Below the pieces are notes generated by a model. That model was not told the origin of the DNA. It saw only the letters and a list, made by a program, of their open reading frames with translations, and made no database searches. From contig DAINNH010000003.1 of NCBI GenBank assembly GCA_036735985.1, forward strand, positions 35,297 through 99,296: 64,000 bases of DNA. The letters are read 5' to 3'. The position numbers and the translations under genes are program-made. The DNA is from Candidatus Alectryobacillus sp. Its GTDB lineage: Bacteria > Bacillota_I > Bacilli_A > RFN20 > CAG-826. The stretch's first letter is position 1. Every line of letters starts with the position of its first letter. Below are positions 36,507-45,176 of this stretch, one piece after another.

Positions 36507-37518
36507 ATTAGTTAACTTTAGAAATCACAATTCTTTAAAAATTAGCCCAACTAAAGGGCTAAATGTAATTGTGGCGGATAATGGTAAAGGTAAAACTAAC
36601 ATTTTAGAAGCTTTATATTATTGTTCTTTTGGTAAAAGTTTTCGTACAAACGAAGACGAGGATTTGATAAATAAAAATAGCGAAAATTTTTATATTTATC
36701 TGACCATTGAGGACACAACAAAACATGAACTTTGTGTTTCATATAGCAAAGGCAACAAGAAATTCCTTTTGGATCGTAAACCGCTAAAAAGAATTTCAGA
36801 TATTAATAAATATTTAAATGTTTTGCTGTTCGAACCACGTTTTGTAAATCTATTTACGGGGATTCCGTCAGAGCGTCGAATATTACTTGATTTAATGATT
36901 TCTAAAACATCAAGCAAATATCTTGAATTACTTAAGAGGTATAGAGCGCTTCTAAAAGAACGCAATTTATCACTTAAACAAGAACAAGTTGATAAAACAT
37001 ACGTCTTTACGCTCACAAACGAAATGGTGGCGCTTTCTAGCGAAATTACAGCCATTAGATTAAGTTATGTAAAGAGTATCAATGATGTTTTATCAAAGAT
37101 TGCCAAACAAATCTCAAACAAAAAACAAAGTCTTGAGATTGTTTATAAATCACTAATTCCGTTTAATGAGACTTATACCGAAGACCTTCTTCGAATGTAT
37201 CAAGTATCTTACGAAAATGATTTAGCTGCCAAAATAACAACGATTGGAATACATAAAGAAGATTACCAAATGTTGCTTGATGGTCAGGACTTAACAAAGT
37301 TGGGATCTCAAGGAGAAAATCGTCTTTGTGCCTTGAGTTTCGTTCTTGCGCCGTATTTTTTAAAGAACGAATCAAAACCAATAGTTGTACTTGATGATGT
37401 TTTGTCCGAATTAGATGAAATTAATCAGAAACATTTATTAGACTTTGTTACTAAATTTGAACAGACGTTCATAACTACCACTTCGTCAATATTGGTAGGA
37501 AATGAATTTAAGTTATAA
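36487..37518 (+). CDS. recF: DNA replication and repair protein RecF
   Basis: Starts MIISKIELVNFRNH, with Walker A DNGKGKTNILEA and a Walker B-like VVLDDVLSELD. Confidence 0.9.
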   Translation: MIISKIELVNFRNHNSLKISPTKGLNVIVADNGKGKTNILEALYYCSFGKSFRTNEDEDLINKNSENFYIYLTIEDTTKHELCVSYSKGNKKFLLDRKPLKRISDINKYLNVLLFEPRFVNLFTGIPSERRILLDLMISKTSSKYLELLKRYRALLKERNLSLKQEQVDKTYVFTLTNEMVALSSEITAIRLSYVKSINDVLSKIAKQISNKKQSLEIVYKSLIPFNETYTEDLLRMYQVSYENDLAAKITTIGIHKEDYQMLLDGQDLTKLGSQGENRLCALSFVLAPYFLKNESKPIVVLDDVLSELDEINQKHLLDFVTKFEQTFITTTSSILVGNEFKL

Positions 37519-37530
37519 GGGAGAAAGATT

Positions 37531-39636
37531 ATGGATGATGAAAAGAAAGTAAACGATATCGATTCGTTGAAAATTACCGCTCTTAAAGAAAAAGAGCAAA
37601 CTCTTGATGAGAAACTTGATGCATCAATCAAAATGAAAGATGTTTCAGTTGTTGAAGAAAGAAGTGATGAAAAAGCTAGCGCCAATTATAATGCGGGAAA
37701 CATTCAAGTTCTTGATGGGCTTGAAGCTGTTAGAATTCGTCCAGGCATGTATATTGGGTCAACTTCTTCAACTGGTCTCCATCATTTAGTATGGGAAATT
37801 ATTGATAACTCTGTTGATGAAGCATTAGCAGGTTATTGTACACATATCAGTGTCACAATTAATAAAGACGGAAGTTGTACAGTTGAGGATAACGGTCGTG
37901 GTATTCCTGTTGATATTGTTGCAAAAACTGGAAAATCTGCTGTTGAAACTGTTTATACAATTCTTCATGCTGGTGGCAAATTCGGTGAAGGCGGCGGCTA
38001 TAAAGTGGCCGGTGGTCTTCATGGCGTAGGTGCAAGTGTTGTTAATGCATTATCAAGTTTTTGTGATGTTACAGTTAATAAAGATGGCGGAAAATATCAT
38101 ATACGATTTGTTAATGGTGGCCATGCTGAAAAACCACTTGAAAGAATTGGTGATTCTAGCGAAAATGGAACATTAGTTACTTTTGCACCTGATCCAACAA
38201 TCTTTACTGAGACTACAAACTTTGACTATAGTGTTGTTCGCTCACGTTGCCGTCAAATGGCTTATTTAAATCATGGTGTTACTTTTGTTACACAAGATTT
38301 ACGTGGCGAAACCCCAATAAAAGATGAGTTTTGTTTTGATGGTGGTATTCGTGAATATATTTCTTATATTGATCAAAACAAACAACCAATTAACACAACT
38401 ATTAAAAAAGATATTATTACATGTCCGATTATTTATTGTGAAGGGGCCGAAGAGGTTCAGTTACCAGGCTCTGAAAAAACTGAAAGAATTTATGTTGAAG
38501 TTGCCCTTGAATGGTGTGATGTTTTTACAAACGGAATTTATTCATATTGCAACAATATTTCCACAAATGATGGCGGTACACACGAAGTTGGTTTTAAAAC
38601 AGCATTAAGTTTTGAGATTAATGATTATGATAAAAAATTTATTTCAAAGAACGAAGAAAATAGATTTACCATTGATGATTGTCTTGAAGGGATTACAGCT
38701 GTTATTTCTGTAAAACATCCAAATCCTCAATACGAAGGACAAACAAAAGGTAAATTAGGTAATTCTGAAATTAGGCCGGTTGTTTATAAAATTGTTAAGG
38801 AAGGACTTGAAAGATTTTTCCTTGAAAATAAAAAAATTGCTGAATTAATTATTTCTAAAGTTGAGATTGCACAAAAAGGAAGAATACGTGCTGATTCGGC
38901 TCGTAATGCTTCTCGTCAAAGTGGAAAATTCTCAACATTAGCTGGCAAATTATCAAACTGCTCTAGCAAAAACCCTGCAGAATGTGAATTATTTATCGTC
39001 GAAGGTAACAGTGCTGCTGGTACCGCTAAAGATGGCCGAGATGCCAAAACGCAAGCTGTTTTACCTTTAAGAGGCAAAATCTTAAATACACAAAAAGCTT
39101 CTGATAACCGTATATTTGAAAACGTTGAAATCGGCAATATGATTCAAGCGATTGGTGCTGGATTTGCTGACACCTTTGATGTTAGTAAAATTAGATATGA
39201 CAAGGTTATTATTATGACCGATGCTGATGTTGATGGTGCTCATATTCGTATTCTGCTTTTAACATTCTTCTTTAATTTTATGAGAGATCTCATTAAATAT
39301 GGTCATGTTTATGTTGCACAACCTCCTTTATATAAAGTGGATTATCAACGTAAGAGTTATTATTGCTATACAGATGAACAATTAGATAAATTAAAAGCTC
39401 AATTAAAGCTTAATAATAATTATACGATGCAACGTTATAAAGGTCTTGGTGAAATGGATAAAGATCAACTTGCTGAGACTACAATGGAAGCTTCGCATCG
39501 TCGTTTGGTTCAAGTAAGCCTTGATGATGCTGTCGAAGCTGATCGTATTTTCAGTGAATTGATGGGTACTGAAGTCGAACCTCGTAAAGAATATATTAGT
39601 GAAAACGCTCAATTTGTTAAGAATCTTGATATTTAA
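37531..39636 (+). CDS. gyrB: DNA gyrase subunit B
   Basis: 701 aa with GLEAVRIRPGMYIG, the GHKL ATPase fold, and the Toprim motif EGNSAAGTAKDGRD. SD GGGAGAAAG is present. Carries an N-terminal extension of about 50 aa. Confidence 0.95.
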   Translation: MDDEKKVNDIDSLKITALKEKEQTLDEKLDASIKMKDVSVVEERSDEKASANYNAGNIQVLDGLEAVRIRPGMYIGSTSSTGLHHLVWEIIDNSVDEALAGYCTHISVTINKDGSCTVEDNGRGIPVDIVAKTGKSAVETVYTILHAGGKFGEGGGYKVAGGLHGVGASVVNALSSFCDVTVNKDGGKYHIRFVNGGHAEKPLERIGDSSENGTLVTFAPDPTIFTETTNFDYSVVRSRCRQMAYLNHGVTFVTQDLRGETPIKDEFCFDGGIREYISYIDQNKQPINTTIKKDIITCPIIYCEGAEEVQLPGSEKTERIYVEVALEWCDVFTNGIYSYCNNISTNDGGTHEVGFKTALSFEINDYDKKFISKNEENRFTIDDCLEGITAVISVKHPNPQYEGQTKGKLGNSEIRPVVYKIVKEGLERFFLENKKIAELIISKVEIAQKGRIRADSARNASRQSGKFSTLAGKLSNCSSKNPAECELFIVEGNSAAGTAKDGRDAKTQAVLPLRGKILNTQKASDNRIFENVEIGNMIQAIGAGFADTFDVSKIRYDKVIIMTDADVDGAHIRILLLTFFFNFMRDLIKYGHVYVAQPPLYKVDYQRKSYYCYTDEQLDKLKAQLKLNNNYTMQRYKGLGEMDKDQLAETTMEASHRRLVQVSLDDAVEADRIFSELMGTEVEPRKEYISENAQFVKNLDI

Positions 39637-39655
39637 TTAGAAGGAGAAAATTAAT

Positions 39656-42196
39656 ATGGATAATGAAGAAAATAAAGAAGTATTTGTTGATGAAGGCATA
39701 AAATCCGGATTAGTTGTCTCTGATCTTGGTGAAAACGTAAAAGAAGGTTTTCTTTCATATGCAATGTCAGTCATTGTTTCACGTGCCCTTCCAGATGCTC
39801 GTGATGGTTTTAAACCTGTTCAAAGAAGAATTATTTATGCAATGAACGAAGACGGCTATACAAGTGATAAGCCACATGTTAAATCAGCTAAAATTACTGG
39901 TAATGTCATGGGTAAATATCACCCACATGGCGACTCTTCCATTTATGAAGCTTTGGTTAGAATGGCTCAAGATTTCTCAATGCGAAATGTGCTAATTGAT
40001 GGCCATGGTAACTTTGGCAACCTTGATGGTGATGGGGCTGCCGCGGCTCGTTATACCGAAGCACGTTTATCTAAATTAGCGGGATCTATGGTTCGGGACA
40101 TTAACGAAAACACTGTTGATTTTGTTGATAATTATGATGGAACCGAAAAAGAACCAACCGTTTTACCTTGCCGTTTTCCAAACCTTTTAGTTAATGGATG
40201 TAGTGGTATTGCCGTTGGCATGGCCACAGAAATTCCAACCCATAATTTAGGTGAAGTATGTGATGCTATTAGAGAATATTCACATAATCCTGAGATAAGT
40301 GTTGAAGAATTAATGAACTTTATTAAAGGGCCCGATTTTCCTACAGGCGGCATTATTTTAGGCCGCTCCGGCATTAGAAAGTTGTATGAAACTGGCCGTG
40401 GCAAAATTGTTGTCCGCGGTATTGCTAATATCGAAGAAAACGATGCTGGTCGCACCGAAATTATTATTAGTGAAATTCCTTATAATGTTAATAAATCGGA
40501 ATTAGTCCGTAAAATCGGTGAATTAGCTGATAACAAGATTATTGATGGCATTACCGATGTTAAGGATGAAACTTCATATAAAACAGGTATTCGTATTATC
40601 GTCGAATTATCTAAAGAAGCCGTTCCTGAAGTAGTGTTAAATCAATTATATAAAAATACTCCATTACAATCTGCGTTTAATGGCAACATTGTCGCTCTTG
40701 TTAATGGTGCGCCACAAACTTTAACTTTAAAGGACATGCTCCGTGAATATATTGAATTTCAAGTTGAAATTATTACACGTCGCACAAAATTTAGATTAAA
40801 TAAAGCAGAAAATCGCAATCATATTTTGGATGGCTTAATTATTGCTAGCGACGATATTGAAAACGTTGTTCACTTAATTAAAATTAGTGAAGATCCAGCA
40901 CAAGCTTTAAAAGATAAATATAATTTGGATGATCCACAAGTGGACGCTATTTTATCAATGACGTTGCGCAAATTATCTCGTATTGAAGGTAATAAATTAC
41001 TTGAAGAAAGAGCGGCAATTGAAGCTAATATTAAAGAATACAATCGTATTCTTGAATCTCGTGAGAATATTATTGAAGTCGTTCTCGCAGAGCTTAAAGA
41101 AATCCGTGATAAATATAGTGATGTTCGCCGCACAAAGATTTCAGGCGAAGAGGTTGATGATATCGATGATGAGGATTTAATTAAGCAAGAAGATTGTATC
41201 GTCACCTTAACAAATGGCGGTTACATTAAACGTATGTCGCTTGATGAATTTAGAGCTCAAAATCGTGGTGGTAAAGGTCATAAAGGCATTACAACACACT
41301 CAGATGATGTGGTTGAAAAAGTCGTTCAAATTAATACCCACGTGGATATTTTATTCTTTACGTCTTTTGGAAAAGTCTACCGATTACGAGGATATAAGAT
41401 TCCAGAAGGTACTCGTGTTTCAAAAGGTCTACCAATCACGAATGTTTTAGACTTAGCCGAAAATGAAAAAGTTATGTCGATATTACCTATTGAAGAATAT
41501 GATGAAAAACATTATTTGTGGTTTGCAACGAAGTTAGGTGTTGTTAAACGTACATTACTTTCTGAATTTGCACTTATCCGTCAAAATGGTAAAAACGCTA
41601 TTTCTTTACGTGAAGGTGATGAGTTGCTTGCAGTTAAAGAAACAACAGGTGAAGATATTGTTTGCATTGCAAGTGATAATGGTAAGATGGTTGGTTTTAA
41701 AGAAACCGACGTTCGTTGTATGGGACGTAATGCTACCGGCGTTAAAGGTATTACCCTTAACGAAGGTGACAAAGCGTTATCAATCGGAACCTCTAGTGAA
41801 GGAAAATATGTTTTTGTTTTAAGTGAAAAAGGCTACGGTAAAATGTCACCAGTTGAACAATATCGTTTAACAAAACGTGGCGCTCGTGGCGTTATTACCT
41901 TAAATTCTAAAGATAAAAACGGTCGTCTTGCAGCGATGAGAATTGTTAATGGCGACGAAGATCTAGTAGTCTTTACAAAATCTGGGATAGTTATTCGTGT
42001 TCACTTAAATCAAGTTAATATCTCATCAAGAAATACAATTGGTGTTAAGATTATTAATGTTGGAGACAAAGAAGTTGTTTCAACTGTTGCTGTTGTTCCA
42101 TTCCAAGAAGACGAAAATGAAGTTTTAAATGATGAAGAAAGCAAAAATTGTGACAACAATCAAACAACTGGAGAAGATACAAAAGAAGACTTTTAA
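39656..42196 (+). CDS. gyrA: DNA gyrase subunit A
   Basis: 846 aa with the catalytic Tyr region AAARYTEARL, the QRDR-like GKYHPHGDSSIYEALVRMAQ, and a beta-pinwheel CTD. Confidence 0.97.
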   Translation: MDNEENKEVFVDEGIKSGLVVSDLGENVKEGFLSYAMSVIVSRALPDARDGFKPVQRRIIYAMNEDGYTSDKPHVKSAKITGNVMGKYHPHGDSSIYEALVRMAQDFSMRNVLIDGHGNFGNLDGDGAAAARYTEARLSKLAGSMVRDINENTVDFVDNYDGTEKEPTVLPCRFPNLLVNGCSGIAVGMATEIPTHNLGEVCDAIREYSHNPEISVEELMNFIKGPDFPTGGIILGRSGIRKLYETGRGKIVVRGIANIEENDAGRTEIIISEIPYNVNKSELVRKIGELADNKIIDGITDVKDETSYKTGIRIIVELSKEAVPEVVLNQLYKNTPLQSAFNGNIVALVNGAPQTLTLKDMLREYIEFQVEIITRRTKFRLNKAENRNHILDGLIIASDDIENVVHLIKISEDPAQALKDKYNLDDPQVDAILSMTLRKLSRIEGNKLLEERAAIEANIKEYNRILESRENIIEVVLAELKEIRDKYSDVRRTKISGEEVDDIDDEDLIKQEDCIVTLTNGGYIKRMSLDEFRAQNRGGKGHKGITTHSDDVVEKVVQINTHVDILFFTSFGKVYRLRGYKIPEGTRVSKGLPITNVLDLAENEKVMSILPIEEYDEKHYLWFATKLGVVKRTLLSEFALIRQNGKNAISLREGDELLAVKETTGEDIVCIASDNGKMVGFKETDVRCMGRNATGVKGITLNEGDKALSIGTSSEGKYVFVLSEKGYGKMSPVEQYRLTKRGARGVITLNSKDKNGRLAAMRIVNGDEDLVVFTKSGIVIRVHLNQVNISSRNTIGVKIINVGDKEVVSTVAVVPFQEDENEVLNDEESKNCDNNQTTGEDTKEDF

Positions 42197-42204
42197 GGAA
42201 ATTT

Positions 42205-43224
42205 ATGATTAAGAAAGTGTTGTTGCTTCAAAATAAAGAACTGGCTGGTTGGCGAGCCGAGCGTATACGTAAAAACGTAAAAGCCGCTTTTGTCGACGGC
42301 AACATTCCTTATACCGATAATATTGCGGAACCTGATTTCCAAATTGCCCATTTACTTTTTCCGTTTACAGGCGAGGAAATCGATCAACTTATTGCTGACA
42401 ATAAGAAGATAGTTGCCTCAGTTTGTTATAGCGAAACTGATGAAAATTCAGCATTTACGAATATTGCGACATGTATGGATGAAGATAAAATGGACATCGA
42501 AAATTCGCGAATAAATTCTTTGTTAAAAGTTGATAAAGTTTTAGTTCCTTGTGAAGAATATTTTAATTTACTGGTCCAAAATGGAATTGACCCACAAAAA
42601 ATCAGTATTTTATCGCCAGGAATAAATAATCAAATTTATCGTTATTTAACTGAAGAAGATATGACTTTAGCCAAAAAATATTTCAAAATCGACGAAAACA
42701 CAAAAATGCTTGTCGCTTTTGGAAACTATAAAGACAAAGCTTGTTTAGATCGTATTCATGAAATTGCCAAGCTTCGTCCAGATTGTGTAATTGTGTTTTT
42801 AGGAACTAACACAATTGAAGAATCAATCTTTAAAAAAATTAAAGACAAAATTAATAAAAATTATTTACCTAATGTCATTTATGCACGCTTTGTTGATATA
42901 AATGTCTACCGTTCTTTATTAAAAAATGTTCGAGCGGTTTTGTTGTTAAATTCCTATTTAACAGATGAAGTCCAAATTCTTGAAGCTTTTGCAGCCGAAT
43001 GCCAAGTAATTGCTTATGATAAAGCGATTCCGCAAGCTTTAAGAAACAGTTTAGTAATTCATAGCGATGATGAAAAAGATATCTATAAGATGCTTTCGAA
43101 CTTCCTTGATTACAAAATTTCGAATACAATATCTAAAGAACATTTCTATGTTACTGAAAGAGATGTGTCCGTAATTGGTGAAAAGCTTAATGAAATTTAT
43201 TCAAGTGTATTAAAGGAGGAATAA
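42205..43224 (+). CDS. hypothetical protein, weak GT-B (GT4-like) glycosyltransferase resemblance
   Basis: 339 aa. By-eye similarity only: VLVPCEEYFNLLVQNGIDPQKISILSPGIN and TDEVQILEAFAAECQVIAYD resemble GT4 C-domain motifs. Packed between gyrA (8-nt gap) and serS (4-nt gap). Confidence 0.45.
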   Translation: MIKKVLLLQNKELAGWRAERIRKNVKAAFVDGNIPYTDNIAEPDFQIAHLLFPFTGEEIDQLIADNKKIVASVCYSETDENSAFTNIATCMDEDKMDIENSRINSLLKVDKVLVPCEEYFNLLVQNGIDPQKISILSPGINNQIYRYLTEEDMTLAKKYFKIDENTKMLVAFGNYKDKACLDRIHEIAKLRPDCVIVFLGTNTIEESIFKKIKDKINKNYLPNVIYARFVDINVYRSLLKNVRAVLLLNSYLTDEVQILEAFAAECQVIAYDKAIPQALRNSLVIHSDDEKDIYKMLSNFLDYKISNTISKEHFYVTERDVSVIGEKLNEIYSSVLKEE

Positions 43225-43228
43225 ATTT

Positions 43229-44506
43229 ATGATCGATATTAAGAAAATTGAAGAGAATCCAGCTAAGGTTAAAGAGTTACTTGCTCGCAAGCTTTATGAT
43301 GTTGATTTTACGGAATTGTTAGAAAAAAACAAAAAACGTAAAGAATTAACAGTTATTGTTGAAACAAATAAAGCCGAACAAAATAAGATTTCAGCTCTTG
43401 TTCCTCAATATAAAAAGGAAGGCAAAGATTTTAAAGAACTTATTAAGAAATCTCATGAATTAGCTGAGGAAATTAAAGATAAGGAAATTGAATTAAAAGA
43501 AATTGAAAATTGGATTTTTGATTTTCTTAAAGTAATTCCTAATCTTCCTGATGAAGATTTATTACCTGGAGAAAAAGAAAACAATCGTCCAATTTATACT
43601 TTTGGCAAAAAGCCAGAATTTGCTTTTAAACCAAAGGATCATATGGAATTAGCCGAATCTTTAGGTTTAATTGATTATAAGAGAGCTGCTAAAATTTCTG
43701 GTAGCGGTACATGGATTTATACAGGTCTAGGCGCTCAACTTGAATGGGCCCTCATTAATTTCTTCGTTAGTGAACATTTAAAAGATGGTTATACCTTTAT
43801 TCTTCCACCTCATTTATTAAATTATGAATCTGGTTTTACAGCTGGGCAATTCCCAAAATTTGAAAACTCTGTTTTCTTTGTCGAAGGCCTTGAACCAAAG
43901 AGATTCATGCTTCCAACGGCTGAAACAGCGCTTGTTAATTTGTATCGCAACGAGATTTTAAGTGAAAAAGATCTTCCAAAGAGATTCTTTGCTTATACTC
44001 CTTGCTATCGTCTTGAAGCTGGTAGCTATCGTACTGAAGAAAGAGGTATGATTCGTGGCTATCAATTTAATAAAGTTGAAATGGTTGCCTATACCAAAGA
44101 AGAAGATTCAGATGCCATGTTTGAAGAATTAGTTAATAAAGCGAAACGCCTTGTTGAAAAACTTGGCATTCACTTCCAAGTTTCTAAACTTGCGGCCGCT
44201 GATTGTTCGGCTAGTATGGCACGTACCTATGATGTTGAAGTTTGGATTCCTTCAATGAATATTTATAAAGAATGTTCCAGTGTTTCGAACGCTCGTGATT
44301 ATCAAGCACGCCGTGGCATGATTCGTTATAAAGATGCTAGTGGTATTCATTATTGTCATACTTTAAATGGTTCGGGCTTAGCAACAAGTCGTTTGATCCC
44401 TGCTATTCTTGAACAATTCCAACAAGCTGATGGTTCAGTTTTGGTTCCTGAAGTTTTACAACCATTTATGGGCGGAATTAAAGTCTTGACACCTATTGCA
44501 AAATAA
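43229..44506 (+). CDS. serS: serine--tRNA ligase
   Basis: 425 aa with an N-terminal coiled-coil arm and class II motifs (TAE..., GSGLATSRL). Confidence 0.95.
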   Translation: MIDIKKIEENPAKVKELLARKLYDVDFTELLEKNKKRKELTVIVETNKAEQNKISALVPQYKKEGKDFKELIKKSHELAEEIKDKEIELKEIENWIFDFLKVIPNLPDEDLLPGEKENNRPIYTFGKKPEFAFKPKDHMELAESLGLIDYKRAAKISGSGTWIYTGLGAQLEWALINFFVSEHLKDGYTFILPPHLLNYESGFTAGQFPKFENSVFFVEGLEPKRFMLPTAETALVNLYRNEILSEKDLPKRFFAYTPCYRLEAGSYRTEERGMIRGYQFNKVEMVAYTKEEDSDAMFEELVNKAKRLVEKLGIHFQVSKLAAADCSASMARTYDVEVWIPSMNIYKECSSVSNARDYQARRGMIRYKDASGIHYCHTLNGSGLATSRLIPAILEQFQQADGSVLVPEVLQPFMGGIKVLTPIAK

Positions 44507-44507
44507 T

Positions 44508-44516
44508 TGTTATAAT
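44508..44516 (+). promoter_or_regulatory. extended -10 promoter of the SRP RNA gene
   Basis: TGTTATAAT at 44508-44516. The predicted start is about 7 nt downstream, at G44523. Confidence 0.6.
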
Positions 44517-44522
44517 AATAGA

Positions 44523-44603
44523 GCCATCGCAACAAGTAGTAAATAACCTGGTCAGGACGGGAACGGAGCAGCCATACCTTACAATCTTGTGTGCGGTGGT
44601 TTT
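44523..44603 (+). ncRNA. ffs: signal recognition particle RNA, small (4.5S-like) type
   Basis: About 80 nt. The conserved domain IV core is CCUGGUCAGGACG-GGAA-CGGAGCAGCC, with a GGAA tetraloop and AGCAGCC. The closing helix GCCAUCGCAACAAG / CUUGUGUGCGGUGGU is followed by a U run. It is intergenic, with its own promoter. Confidence 0.8.
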
Positions 44604-44616
44604 CTTTTAATTAGTT

Positions 44617-45084
44617 ATGGAACAAACTAAACTCGATGAGAAATATATGAAAATAGCCTTAGCAGAAGCTAAGAAGGCTTTTATTATGGGTGAAGTTCCG
44701 GTTGGCTGTGTCATTGTTAAAAACGAAAAAATCATTGCAAAAGCGCACAATTTTTGTAAAAAGAAAAACTTGCCAATCCTTCATGCTGAGATAATTGCAA
44801 TAGAAAAAGCCTGCAGAACCTTAATAAATGATAATTTAAAAGGCTGTACAATGTATGTTACTCTTGAGCCGTGTTTGATGTGTACTGGTGCAATAATTAA
44901 TTCAAATATTTCTGAAGTTGTTTTTGCGTTGCCGAATAAGGAATCTGGTTCATTATTTACATATAAAAATGACCTGGTCCTAAATGGATGTTATAAAAAC
45001 CAATTGAAATCTCGTCTTGGCAGTTTTGGCAAAGAATCAAACGAACTATTAGTAAAATTTTTTGAATCAAAGAGAAATAGTTGA
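44617..45084 (+). CDS. tadA: tRNA-specific adenosine deaminase
   Basis: 155 aa with CDA zinc motifs HAEIIAI and PCLMCTGA. No SD precedes the ATG at 44617. An alternative ATG lies 10 codons downstream. Confidence 0.88.
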   Translation: MEQTKLDEKYMKIALAEAKKAFIMGEVPVGCVIVKNEKIIAKAHNFCKKKNLPILHAEIIAIEKACRTLINDNLKGCTMYVTLEPCLMCTGAIINSNISEVVFALPNKESGSLFTYKNDLVLNGCYKNQLKSRLGSFGKESNELLVKFFESKRNS

Positions 45085-45145
45085 GAACCGCAGTGTTTTT
45101 AAATATTTAACTTGACACTGTAAAAAATTTTCAAATTGTTTGCGC

Positions 45146-45176
45146 ATATTATACCTTTCTTAGGTATAATATAGAC
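45146..45176 (+). promoter_or_regulatory. promoter of the ABC/P-type ATPase operon embedded in an 11-bp perfect inverted repeat
   Basis: ATATTATACCT (45146-45156), spacer TTCTT, then AGGTATAATAT (45162-45172). The right arm contains TATAAT (45165-45170). The ATG at 45177 is 6 nt later, with no SD. Confidence 0.5.

Noticed and set aside
45112-45117. Perfect TTGACA hexamer after tadA, with a CAGTGT...ACACTG 6-bp dyad (45091-45119).
   Set aside because: No acceptable -10 box lies 16-18 nt downstream. It is 47 nt from the TATAAT at 45165. The dyad has a 17-nt loop and is a poor terminator, so no function is assigned.
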